64,000 nucleotides of DNA, from assembly GCF_000315625.1 (NCBI RefSeq), contig NW_005434666.1, forward strand, positions 125,750-189,749, read 5' to 3'. Numbering within the stretch: position 1 is the stretch's first letter; every line of letters begins with the position of its first letter. Below the pieces are notes generated by a model that was not told where the DNA came from, did no database searches, and worked only from the letters and a program-made list of their open reading frames with translations. The stretch is from Guillardia theta CCMP2712. Its lineage: Eukaryota > Protista > Cryptophyta. Below, piece after piece: positions 12,601-26,000 of the stretch. The position numbers and the translations under genes were made by a program.

Positions 12601-15600
12601 TGCATGACAAGAGGAAGCTTGAGTTGTTTGTTGTCCTTGTTGGACTCTTTCCCTCTTTGATTGTTTCTCTTCTCTTGAGCTCGATCTCTCTTTTGTCTGA
12701 ATGCAACTGAATTCTGACATTTCTCTCCTCTCCTCTCCTCTCCTCTCCTCTCCTCTCCTCTCCTCTCCTCTCCTCTCCTCTCTCCAGGTCTCCCTTCCGC
12801 CTCTTTGCAAGCCCGGAGGACAAGCTTCCAGTAGCATCCAAGTGCACCATGGAAGTAGCCAACGTCATCGTTCCTACCTCCTTCTCCGTCACAGCAGGCG
12901 ATACCTTCCAGGCTCTTCTCGTCGTTCGCAACCGCTACGGAGTCACCCTCCCCTCAGTCTCCCCTGGCGTCGCTTCCGTTGCCCTCTCCACCGACAGCGT
13001 CAAGCCAACGCTGCAGGACAACCTTGACGGCACTTTTCTCGTCAGCTTCTCCATCACCTCCTCCAGCACCTACTCCCTGACCGTCAACATCGATGGAGGA
13101 GGCGGAGCTCTGCCCATTCTTAACGCTCCCTACCAGCTCACCATCGTCCCGGCTGATCCCTTTCCCCGCACCTCCACTGCCGTCCTGCCACCCTCCAACA
13201 TCTTCACTGCCGGATCTCGTGTCACCTTCAGTGTGCAGGTGAGACCTTGTTGGCTCCTTTGTTGGGTTGTCCTCTTCCTCCTCCCCATGATGATGATCAT
13301 CATCATCAACATCATCGTCATCATCAAACTTTGACTTTCACTTTCTCTGTGCCTTCTGACTCTGGCTGCAGATCAAAGATCGCTTCGGCAATGTTCAAGA
13401 CGCGCAAAAATATCCCACCAAGACGCTTGCATGTACGGTCTCTTACGGCACAGGAGTCGCCCTGTATCAGTTTGCTGCCGACGTCGTCGTTGACACAGAC
13501 GGTACTTTCAAAATTTCCTTCACAGTCAAGCAATCTTCCAGCCATGAAGTCACAGTCATGGACGGAGCAGTTCAGGTCATAAAGTCACCTTTCACTATCT
13601 CAGTGATTCCGGGCCCGGTCTCCCAGCTGACCAGCCTCATCAATACCGTCTATGAAGTTAAGAACATCACCGCTGGAACGCGTCAGTCCTTCCCGCTTGT
13701 CTTCAAGGACGCCTACTATAATGCGATCACCGATATCCAGAGCTCCTTGCTCACCGTTACCGTCGAGGGAGCCGTCGATGTGTCTGCACTCTCCTGTGAG
13801 ATTGTTCAGGCTGACTCAGGTGCCTTCAACGTTGTCTGCGGAGGAACAAAGACGACTGGTCCCTTGCAAGTCCATGTGAAGATCAACCAACTGGACATCA
13901 AGAACTCTCCTCTCGTCGTCTACATCGTTCCATCCTTCGCCGTGGGCAGCATCTCCTACGTCTCCTCCGCCATGTTCACCCAAGTCCGGGCGGGAGAGCT
14001 GAAGTCTTTCTCTGTGCAGCCGGTGGACAAGTTTGGAAACAAGCACGAGAAGGCCACAAACGAGACCCTCATCGCTAACATCAGGGGGCCAGTGTACATC
14101 GCAACCTGCTCCTCCTCCCCTTCCTCTGCCAACCAGCCCGACCTCTCTCAGTGCGTCTCGCTGATCAAGGGAGGAACGTCCCTGTACACCTTCAACTTCA
14201 TCCTCACTGTCTCTGGCGAGTACATCATCGAGACCTACCTCCTGAGCCAGATCACCAACCAGCTGGACAAGATCGGGGATGGGCAACCGTGGAAGGTCAG
14301 CGTCAAGTTTGACACCCTGCACAAGAACAACACTGAGCTGAGAGGAGTCGGGGCCTCCGCTTTTGTTGCCGGAATCTCCTCCGCCTTCGAGGTAGTCACC
14401 TACGACAAGTTCATGAACCGCTACAGAATGGGAAACGCCAGCGTCTCCGTAGCCTTTGACCTACTCCAGGAGAAATTCGTTCAACTTAATTGGAACGAGA
14501 GCTCCAGGAGTTTCCGACCGACGTCCATCACGGACAACGGCGACGGAAGTTACAATGTAAACTATTTCCTCACCATCTCTGCCGTCTATCAGATCTCCGT
14601 CCTGATCGACGGGGAGCGGGTGGGAGGAGCAGGAAGTCAGTTCCTCCTCCAAGGCCAGTCCTCCACGCTCTCCTCAGCCCAGACCTCAGGGCTCGTGCTC
14701 AAGGTTGGAGCAAGCGGCCTGGAGACTGTGGGAGGAGGGACAGTACAGGGGACGGCTGGACTGTGGGGGTCGTTCCAGCTAGTAGCCCGAGATGAGTTCG
14801 GAAACCAGAAGACAACAGGAGGAGATCGGTTCAGCGTTGACATGATGGGCCCTGTCCAAGCAGAAACTCAACTGGTGGACCTTGGAAACGGTTCCTACGT
14901 CGCCTCGTACCTGACCAAGATAGACGGTCTGTACGAGATCAACGCAAGGCTCAGAGGCCTGCAAGTCGGAGTCATGAGGCTGGTGAACGGGTCGCTGACC
15001 TCGAGCCCGCTGATAGACGTGCCTGTCGTCCGCGCTTCTCCTCTCTTCTCCGACATTACCCTCACCTCCTACTCCATCCTTACCGCTGGCCTTCAAGGCT
15101 CCTTCCAGCTCATTGCCAAGGACTCCTTTGCTACTAGCGACTGCTGCTGCGAGGCCTCCTCTTGCACTGGCTGGAACTTCGACCTCCTCCCCTCCTGGAG
15201 CTCGGATCTCTTGACAGGCAGCGTCATCCCCAAGAAGCCCACGGGCAAGGATGCGGCGCTCACGAGCACGTTGGAGGCAGCGGGAGCATGGCGAGCATCC
15301 GTCTACTCCATCGTCCAGGGCATCGCCGTCCACGTTCTTGGGAGCCCCTTCACTGTAGAGGTCCTGCCCGCCAACCTGCGAGCTGAGAACACGGAGGTAG
15401 GAGGCAGCGGCCTTGTTGGGGCTGTGCTGGGGTCCCAGGGAGTCATCACCGTCATCACCAAGGATCAGTTCTTCAACCCTCGAACGAGCGCCAGGCTGCA
15501 GGTGGACAGGGTGCTGGTCTACCGTGCCAAGACGGAGACGTCGGCCCTCCCCAGGCAGGAGGGCGGGAACTTTGCGGGCCGCTACGTCGGCTACTACTGC

Positions 15601-18600
15601 GGGCGGGGAGACTGCTCCTCCGATGATGCTGGACTGCTCTGCACGAAGCCTCCGAGCATCGGGGCATGCCAGGTCGACTGCTCGAGCTGCACCTGCTTCT
15701 CCTCGTCTTGCGCTGGTACCACGACTATCAACGTGGTCGTCAACGACGTCCACGTCCCCGGAAGCCCCTTCACCGTCCAGATCGTAACCGATGCGACGGC
15801 GGTGGCGGGCAAGTCCAGCGTCGTGACGGACTTGGCAACATCGTATTCAGCTGGGGTTCCGGTGTCAGTCCAGATCCAGCTGAGGAGCTCTCAAGGAATC
15901 GACGTCAGGAAAGGTGGATATCAGTCCCCCTCCTTGTTCCTTCCTCCTTATACTCCTTTCCTCCTCTCCTTCAGCGCCCTCTGCTGGACTTCCCTCTCAC
16001 CTCCTCTTCTGCCCTAGCTCTCCCTCCCTTCCTAAGGCAACTTGCTCTTTGCTCCTTGCTCCGATACTTCGCTACCTCCTTGTTCCCCATTTCCTTCCCT
16101 TCGGACGTTCTAGAACTGACCACAAGGCCGAACGCAGGAGGAAGGAAGGTCACCGCCCAGGTGGTCAGTGAGAGCTTTTTGTCGTCTCCCGGTCAAGACT
16201 CCATCATGGTCCAAGGCGTACAAGTTCAGGACACCAACACTGGGCTCTACTCCTTCCAATTCACTCCGCAAAGGGCTGTACCGCACGCCCTCCTCCTCTC
16301 CCTCGACGATACCATGATCTCCTCGTCCTGGAACGGGACGGGAATCAGCCAGGACACGATAGCGATCCAGCTGCAGGAGCAGGCGAGTGCCTCGGACGGT
16401 TTCTACAAGAGCTATGCTGTCATAGTCGACGGCGTCAGTTTGCCGCATCGCCTGTCAACCGTGAACGACTACATCGCAGCCAGCCAAACCCTCCGGCACA
16501 ACCTCAACTTTTTCCAGGCCTCTCCCTTCCGGCTGCTCCTGACGCCCTTTGTGGTCAAAGTCAGCCCAGGGGCTCTTTCTCTGCCCAACACTCTGATCTT
16601 CTGTGACAGCAAGTCAGTCGTCAAGGTCGGCCAAGACTACCTCCCGTCCTCCTCCATGCAAGTCGGCAACGCCATCTTCGATGAGGTTTCCTGCGGCATG
16701 GGCGCGGGACTGGCGAGCATGAACCACGTCATCAGCCTCCAGCTTCGAGATGCGTTCAACAACCAACTGACGCAAGGGATCGCGACAGAGAGGATGATGG
16801 TGAAGGTAAGGAGCGTCGACCAGGATGTTTCTACCACCATCCTTGGCCAGTTTTGCAGCGACTCACTTGTCAACTTCCCTGAGGACTGCAAGACCACCAT
16901 CGACATGTACAAGTGCGTCAACGCTTCTCTCAACTTCAGCTCTCCCACCTGCTCCTTCGCTTGCCCACCCTCCCTGTGCTACAAGACCTCCTCCTTCTCT
17001 CGATCCTGGCATGACAACGACGGAACATTCTCCATCACCTACCAGGCGACCCGGGCTGGCATGTACTCATTGCAGATTTCTATCGACGACTCGATCATCC
17101 TGCAGCAGCAGCGGGAGGTCTACGGTGCTCTCCTCCATCCCTCCTCCGCCCAGATCGTCGGGCTCGCCAACCGTTCAGCTGGAGACGTTGGGCTCTTCCG
17201 AGTCAGGACGACCGACCGCTTTGGCAACCCCCCATGCTCGCAGAAGCTCTGTCCTCCCATCCCCGAGCTCGACGTCGAGCTTGTACTCCTTGCTCAACCT
17301 GACACTGCTCCCCTGCATGCCTCCACGCAGTTCGTGGCTTCGGAGTCTATGTTCTACTGCTCGTACACGCTGACGCTGTCGGGAGTCTACCGCATGTTGG
17401 TGATGATGATGAACAAGACTATCGGGGTGTACTCCACCGAGATCCGAGCCAACAAGGCGGATGCCAGCAAGACGTGGGTCGAGCGGTATGACATCTTCAC
17501 AGCTGGCAAGCAGACAACTTTCAGGATCGAGGCTCTAGATAAGTACTCAAACCGCCTGACCAAGGGAGGAGACAACTTCCAGGTGAAGCTGCTGGGGAGC
17601 TACGGGAGGAACTACGACGGGTCAATCAGGGACCTTGGCAACGGCTCTTACTTCGCCTCCTTCAACGTGTCTGTGACCGGCAACTTCTCACTCTTCCTAA
17701 CGCTCGGGCTAGAAACGGTGGTGGACAGGGAGGTCATGATCATCCCGAACTTCGCGTACGGCCCTTCCTCCTCCCTCCTCACCTCCATCGTGGGAGAGAA
17801 CACTGCTCCATGGGTGGCTGATTTCAGAGTCCAGCTGAGGGATCAGTTCATGAACCAGCTGCTCTCCTGCAGCTCCAACTTCGTCATGTTCTACCTCTGG
17901 AAGCTGGTGGATGGAGCAAACAATCAGCTTATCGTCTCAAAGAACATGACTTGCACTGGAGGCATCGCAACTCTTGCTTCCTCGGTCGTCGCCGCTGGCT
18001 CTTACATCATCGAGTTCAAGATCAACGACGTTCATGTCCAAGGATCTCCCTTCTCCTCTACTGTCAAGCCAGCAGCCGCCGATCCCAACTCGTGCATAAT
18101 TACAACTCCGCTCATCACCGCCTCCTCCTCCTCCTCCTCCTCCTCGAACCAATCTAGAATCGTGGCAGGGACGAAGAGCTGGCTGCAGCTCCAAGTGCTC
18201 GATCGGTTTGGCAACGAGGTTCGCAACGATCCGTTCAGAGAAACTCAGCGAGTAGTTGTTTACCTTGCAAGTGAGTTGTTACAACCCCCCTACACCTCCT
18301 CTCCCACTCTCTCCCTCTCTTCTCCCCCCCCCCCCCCCTTCTCTCCCTTCTCCTTCTCATAATCCCGCTTCTTCGCTCCCTCCCTCCTCATCCTCCCTCT
18401 CCTAGCCTGACATGCCTCAGGTCTCGGTCAGCGATGCTTCCCCGTCTGTCCCTCCAGCTGCAATCTCCTCACAGGGCTCCCCAACACTCCTCAGGATCTC
18501 TGCATCGTCGCCAACGTGACTGACAACCAAGACTCCACCTTCCTCGCCGAGTGGACCCCGACTGTAGCCGACTCCTACCAGCTCAGGATCCTCCTTCAGG

Positions 18601-19991
18601 ACGCCTACGTGGCTGGTGGCTCCTTCCTCCTCCAAGTAGTAGCAGGGCCCATCTCTGCCCAGACCTCCAGGGTTTTCGGCCTCCCGCAGGTGAGCGGAGC
18701 TGGAGTGAGCGTCAACTTTGCCATGGAGACTCGAGACTCCTACGGCAACCTGGTGACTCAGGGTGGAGCCAGCTTCACTTCTCAGCTGGTCCGCCGCGCC
18801 CAGGACTTCTCGCAGGTGGTCACGAACCTCAGGGTAGATGACTGCTCGACCACCCCCTGCTCCAACTTGACGTGGGGGGCGGGAGTCTACGAGTCCTCGT
18901 ACTTCGCCACCCTCTCAGCTCTCTACACAGTCAGGGTCGAGCTGGAGTCGATGAACGTGCAGAACGGTCCCTTCCGCACGCTGGTGACGGCCGGATCCCT
19001 AGACCCCAAGTCCTGCATACTGTCCGGGCCCGGATCGATCGGAGGCTTCGTGAACAGCAAGACAAGCCTTCAGATCATCATGAGAGATCAGTTCGGCAAC
19101 ACCTTGCTGACGTGGGACGGGACTTTCTTCAACGCTGAGATCCAATGGGATACCTCCCTGCAGACGCTCCTCTTCTCCTCAGCTGGCAACGGGACACTGG
19201 TGACTGAGTACACCCCACAAGCAGCCGGCAGCTTTCAGCTCAAGGTTCTGACCGTCTTCGACAAGATCCAAGTCAGCGGGAGCCCGAGGCTGCTGTCCTT
19301 TGTAGCTTCAGATGACGGGTACTCCGACCCGAGCAAGAGTGTGGTGGTGGGAGACAGCCTGAAGGGGATGGTGGCAGGGGAAGGAGGACAGGCGACGCTG
19401 ATCGCACGGACGAGCGCTGGGCTTAACCGACAGACAGGAGGGGACACTGTGCTAGCACAGATGGTCTCTTCCTCCGATTCAGGCGGAGCCGTGGTGCAGA
19501 ACTTGTACACCAGGGACAACCAGGACGGCAGCTACAGCATCAGCTACGTGGAGACGAAGGCTGGAGTGTACCAGCTCAATGTCCTGCTCGGAACAAATCA
19601 TGTCCTTGGATCTCCCTTCTCCCTGAAGGTGATCCCCACCTCAGCCCTGGGCAGGAAGACTCTCTTCACCCCCTCAAAGTCCTCCGAGCTCTCCACCATC
19701 GCAGGATTATCCCAGGCCATCACGATCGTCTCCGTCGACGCCTACGGTGAGTTCTCTTTGACTCCCTCCTCTCTGCTGAAGCCTCTCCTCCTCTTCCTGC
19801 AGACAACTTCGTGGCATACGACGATTACACCCTCCCTGACAGGTACTATGTCACCATGCTCTCGACGTCGTCCGCCCCGAAAGCATTGGACGTAGTGGAC
19901 AACAAGGATGGAAGCTACCAGACGTCATGTGAGTCGTTGTGCGCTGACCCTTCACTGTCATACTTCCTCCTCCTCCTCATCATCATCATCG

Positions 19992-20022
<31 letters not shown>

Positions 20023-23000
20023 GATCACGTCCCTCGCAGACTATCTCACCCGGGCTGGCTCCTACAGCCTCAAGATCGAGCTGCGAGAAGTCTCGGGCTC
20101 GCTCTTCCAGGTCACGCAGATCGACAACATCATGGTTCAGGCAGGAAACGTCAACATTGAGAGCTGCCAGGTCGTCGGCAACGGGTTGAACAACGGCATT
20201 GCCGGCCTCGAGCCCACCTTCGGAGTCTTTGCTCGTGACGTGTTCGGCAACCAGCTTGACAGCGCCACCCTGAACCTCGTGGCAACTTTGACAGGCAACA
20301 CGACGACTAGGCTGGCATTCTCCTTCGTTTCCCAGCTCGGCCAATTCACCTCCAGCTACTCAGTGACGAGAGCGTCCGTGTACAAGCTCTCGATCAAACT
20401 TAACGACGTTGATCTCATCGGCAGCCCCTGGAGGGTCCAGGTGACTCCCTCCCTTGTCTCAACGCCGAGATGCCGCCTGCAGGGAAGCAGCAGCAAGGTG
20501 ATGACAGCTGGAGTCGATGGCGTGTTTCAGCTCAGCTCCTACGACGAGTACGACAACCCTGTCACCGAGGGGTTCAAGGCCTTCAAGTTTGCGCTCTACG
20601 GCCCTAGCAACTGCAAGGGCCTCGCACTTGATAACTTCGACGGCACTTACACGCTGACCGTCCCGGCTGTTCCGACAGTAGGGCAGCACTGGCTGGAAGT
20701 GACGCGAGGAGGGGCGCATATCCTTGGCAGCCCCTACGCTGTGATGATCTACCCCGGCAGCATCAACCTGTACACCAGCACCATCAACCTGGACTCGCTC
20801 AAGCAGCTCAACGTCGGTGACTCCGCCTCCTTCCTGATCAAGTCCAAGGACCAGTTCAACAACCTGCTCACCCTGGGAGGCGAGGTCTTCGCTGCCTCCA
20901 CCTCCTCCCCAGCTCAGAGAAGCTTCACGGTGGTGGATACGAACAACGGCGAATACATCGGGGCCTTCATGACTACCATCGCGGGATCCTACAGCCTGCG
21001 GGTGACTCTCAACGGTGAGCTGCTGCAAGGACAGGAGTTCTCGATCCTGGTCCTCTCCGGCGCGGTCTCTGTTAGAATGTCGAGAGTCTATGGGTCGGGC
21101 GTGAGCGACTCTGTAGCTGGGATAGAGCAGGATATTTTCCTCCTCCCCAGGGACGACTACGGCAACGTAGTCAGCTACACCCTCACACCCCAGCTGGTGA
21201 TCAGCAGTGCAAACTTTGCCACCAAGTCAGTGTCGATGACGCAGCAGAGTGACGGGTCGTACATGACAACCACCATGCTGACTCAGAGCAGCTCCTACCG
21301 CCTGCAGATCCTGCTGACAGGAGGGGTTAGCCTCAGCCTATTCGAGCAACAGGTCAAGATCCTCCCCTCCACCGCCAGCCCGCCGAACTCAGTGCTCTCG
21401 TCTGAGGTCGCTCCCTGCAATGTCGACCAGGCCTGCATGTTCCTCCTGCGCGTGAAGGACGCTTACGGCAACAACATGACGGAAGGGGGAACCATCTTCT
21501 CCTCCAGGCTCCTCGGATTAGATCGATCGATCATGGGAACTTCAATAGCAGGGAGCATCTCTTATCTACCAGGGTCGGGCATGTTCCAGGTCTCCTTCCA
21601 AGCGACAAAAAGCGGTAAGAGACAGAGGACGAGGGAGGGAGGGATCTGCGAGAGGAGAAGGGATGGGAGATAGTTCTGTTGGGGCAAGAGTTGTGTTGAG
21701 GGAGAGGGCGATGCTGCTGGTGACTGGGCTGTGTTAGGAACCTATTTGCTGGAAGTTACCAGGTTTGGACTTCCAACCGTCGGGAGCGGGAGGAGTGCGA
21801 CTATCCAGCCGGGCGACGTCGTTGTATCTTCTGTTAGAGGGTCAGGGTACGGGCTGAGCACTTTCCTCCTAATGGCCTCATCGAGATTCATCGTGACTTT
21901 AATGGACCAGTACGGCAACCCGACAAGCAGAAATAAGCCAGACCTTAAGGTGGAAGTCTCTCCAGCTCCACAGTCTGTGAGTGTACAGGACCTGAACAAC
22001 GGAGTGTATCAAATCGTGTGGGTTGCAAACTCCACGTCCCCCTACAAGATCTCCATCACTGCCTCTTCCCAGCACATCACCGACAGCCCCTTCACTGCCA
22101 CGTCACCAACCAGCGCCGACGTCAAGGCTGTGAGTCAAGACGACCCTTTCCTTGAATTCTGACTGACGTACCTGCCAGGTCGATGAATCCTTCACCTCCC
22201 TCTCAGGAGCCGCGTTGGATGGCGTTGTTGCTGGCACGTACTCCGCTGTCAACATCGTCCTCCGCAACTCGTACGGGCAAGACATTGGGGCGAGTGACTC
22301 GTATGTGTCGGAGTTTGAGGTGACGGCCAACGGGACGACCTGCCCGAGCAGCGCGGCATGCAACGACAACGTGGACTTGTCCTGCTGCTGGGACGGCTCA
22401 TCTATCGCCTCCTCCGGCATCGCTGTCATCCACTTCATCTCCAAGATCTCTGGCCCTCTTTCGCTGTCTGTCAAGCTGCAGAAGGTCGTGGGAGGAGTCT
22501 ACACCCCCGTCCTCATCGCTGGCAGCCCGACATCCATCCTCATCCTGCCAGAGATCGTCGATCCCTCTCGCTCCTCGGTGGACTCTCTGTCTGCCTCCGC
22601 CATGGCTGCCTGCCCGTCGTGCTCGACCTCCTCTGCTCTTGTCGGGCTGCGATATGACCTCGTCCTCACCATCCGTGACAAGTTTGACAACGTGATTCCC
22701 TTTAGCCTGCTACAGAACACTCTCGTGGAGGGGCTGGTGGTGCAGAACTCAACGCAGGCAACGTCAGCGTCTCTGGTCTTGTTCGATGACAGCGGGAAGT
22801 TTGTCTTGCGCTCGATCTTCACCAAGAGCGACACCTACGTCATGCACGTCAAGGTCAACGGGATGTATGTTTCCGCTTCTCCCTTCGTCGTCGTGTGCAG
22901 ACCCGGCAGCGTCACTGCCTCTACCTCAGCTCCGATCAACGACGTCTGGTACAAGAACTGGACTGTGGGCTACCCTCACAACATCTCCATCTATGCCAGG

Positions 23001-26000
23001 GATATGTTTGAGAACATCGTCGGGGACGCGCCGGACTCAATCTTTGACGGGTTTGTGTCGGGCAACCAGGACCTGTACTTCAGCTTCAAGAAGGACAGCA
23101 GCGTGTACTTCTCTCCCATCCTTCTAACGGTCTCTGGCAACTACAGGTTGGATGTGATGATGTTCACCAAGCCCATCTTCGGCAGCCCGTTCTCGGTCTA
23201 CGTCTCCTCTGCCGCCATGCAGCCCTCTGCTTGCTTCCTTAGCGGCCTTGGCGCGTACTACAGCGAGGCGGGCAAGGCAACCACGTTCTCGCTGTTCCTT
23301 CGTGATCAGTTCTTCAACGACGTCAAAGCTTCCTCCTCCTCCTCGCTCGACCTCTCGGTAACTCTGATCTCCTTCGCCCGTCAGGATCCGCTCATCCCGC
23401 ACCTCATGCGCTATTATGCTCCATGTGGCAAGCAGACGGTCTGCAAGGACGCAGCGAAGCTCAACGTCACCAACGTCACTGTCGCTGCCTCGTACGCGAT
23501 CTCAGCAGCAGGAGACATCAGCATCTCCTACTTGTCTGCCATGCCCGGCGAGTTTGTGATGCATGTCAAGCTGGGCTCGTCGGACATCGCCAGGCTGCCC
23601 GGCGACCCTTGCGGCGCTTCGTGTCCCTTCGGCAACTGCACGGGATGCCCGACGGTGTCGCTCAGTCAAGCTCCCGCCATCGTGTCCTCAGAGTTTGACG
23701 CGTCCGGAGGAAGAATTTCCATCCAGTTCAGCGACGAGAGTGACAGAGGCTTGCAGTACGACACGTTCAACTGCTCCCTCCTCTTCGACGCCTCCTCCTT
23801 GGCCAAGATGTCGGACGCCACGCACTCTCCCGCCTGCTTCTTTGCCTCGACCACCGTCCTGGTTGTCGAGCTCGCCTTCGGAGCGACGCTGCAGATGAAC
23901 GAGGAGCTGAACTTCCTCGATGAGGTCCGCGGGCTGTTCTCCGCCCCTGCTGCCGTCGACGTGGGCTACGGGGGGATTCACCGCAAAGAGGTTTGCAGCA
24001 ATGGGATGTGCTTCCAGACGTCGCTTGCTGTGAGCGGCAGGACGAGAATCATGCGGCCGCTCAACCCAGTCAAGCCCTCTGCCATCCTCAAGGGCCCAGC
24101 CATCATCGGGCCCTGCGACTCGCTCGTGCTCGACGCTTCCTCCTCCTACGGCTCCGGAGGGAGGAAGTTCCAGTTCGTGTACGGAGCTCTGCCGGGAGTG
24201 AGCAACGACGTGACGCTGCGGACTTACATCCTGAACCAGAACCTTCCTCCTTACGACAGGGAGAAGCTGACGATACCGACAGACCTGTTGGAACTGGGAG
24301 TCAACTACACCTTCATGGTCAGAGTCACCAACTTCCTGGACGAGTCGAGCACGGCTGAGATCACCATCACGAAAGTCTCCTCCTCCTCCCCCATCGTCAT
24401 CATCGAGGGACCCCCCGAGAAGAGCGTCTTCAGCGCCGACGAGGTCAGGCTAAGGGGGTACGCCCTCCTCTCTAACTGCTCGTCGAGCAGCGACCCGACC
24501 ATGGACTACGAATGGACCCTAGTCGACGTCTCTCCCTCCCTCCCTCCCTTCCCCCTGAACGACAAGACCAAGAACACCCGCAGCCTCTTCATCGCATCGC
24601 AAACTCTGCAGGCTGGGTACAACTACACCTTCCAGCTGAAGGGCAGTATGCGGAGCAACCCCTCCAGCTACGGCATGCAGACGGTGAAGCTTGTTTGTGC
24701 CTTCTCTCCTATGAAGGCGAGCATCGACGGCAGCGACAGGAGCATCAGCTGGGGAGACTTGATCGTCCTCAACGCCAGCACCTCCCTGGACTTTGACGGG
24801 CAGGCCATCACCTCCTCCAACACAGAGTTCTCCTGGTCGTGCAAGGGGGAGACGGGGCAGGACTGCCTCGGCCCCCAGAGCTCAGCGTTCATCGTCAACT
24901 CTCCTCTCTTCTCCCTCGACTCCTCCCTCCTCTCCCCCGGCCTCTACACCTTCTCCGTCACTCTCATGAAGGAGCCCGGCCCCAGGATAGCGTCCGCCTC
25001 TGCCCGCCTGTGGCTCATCCCCGCCGCCTCCGCCAGCGCCGGCATCGCCCCCATCATGAAGCGCAAGGTGAACCCAGGAGAGAGGCTGGTCCTGTCCAGC
25101 TCGATTCTCAGCTCCCCAGCAGCTGGGTACCAGCTCCAGTGGTCGCAGACGCAAGGAGACTTCCTACTGGACTACCCCAGTAAGGTGTCCACCCCCCTCT
25201 CCCTCAGCAACCTGGTGATCAAGGAGGGGTTCCTTGCCCGCGGTCAGCTCTACACCTTCCGCCTGTCCGTCCTCTCCACCACGGGAGGCAACTCGCTGGC
25301 CTTCGCAGAGATCACCTTCCAAGTCAACACGCCCCCCAGCAGCGGCAACTTTGCGGTCTCTCCGAGCGAGGGGCGAGGCATCCTGGATGTCTTCCGCCTC
25401 GAGTGCAAGTACTGGGTTGACGACGAGGAGGACCTCCCCCTCATCTATGAGTTTCGGTTTGCGCTGCCTCAGTCCAGCACCCCGACCGACGAGATCCCCC
25501 TGGGGACTCTTGACAAGAACTACCTTGACACCGCCCTCCCAAGCCCCCCAGCTGGGCTCTCAGCTCACATGGTCAACCTCATCGTATACGTGACCGACCA
25601 GGCCGGAGGAAGGGAGCGAGCAGCCGCGCAGGCGAAGGTGAAGACGGACCTGTCAACCTCTTCCAGCCGCCGCCTGCTGGCGCTGGACGCGCTGGCAAAG
25701 CTGCTGGAGTGTGTGGGGCTGGGGGATACGGAGTGTATCATCCTCATGACTTACTCGGTCGCGAGGATGGGGGGGAACATTCCCTGCTCGGAGAAGGACA
25801 CGCTCCTCAACACACTGCAGACGGCAGCCAACAAGCTGCAGATGAACAAGGTAGAGGTGGCAGCGTTTGCAACGGCCGTGCAGGAGGCGTCAGCGATGAG
25901 CTGCGTGAGCATGCTGCGGTCGAGGAGGCAGATGAACACGCAGCAGCTCGACGGATCCCTCGGCCTCCTCGGCAACCTCGTCTCTACCTCCATGTCCGTT

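Noticed and set aside
3622-23600. Calling the giant gene cytoskeletal filamin
   Set aside because: No calponin-homology actin-binding domain; it has a signal peptide and continues into REJ-GPS-TM.
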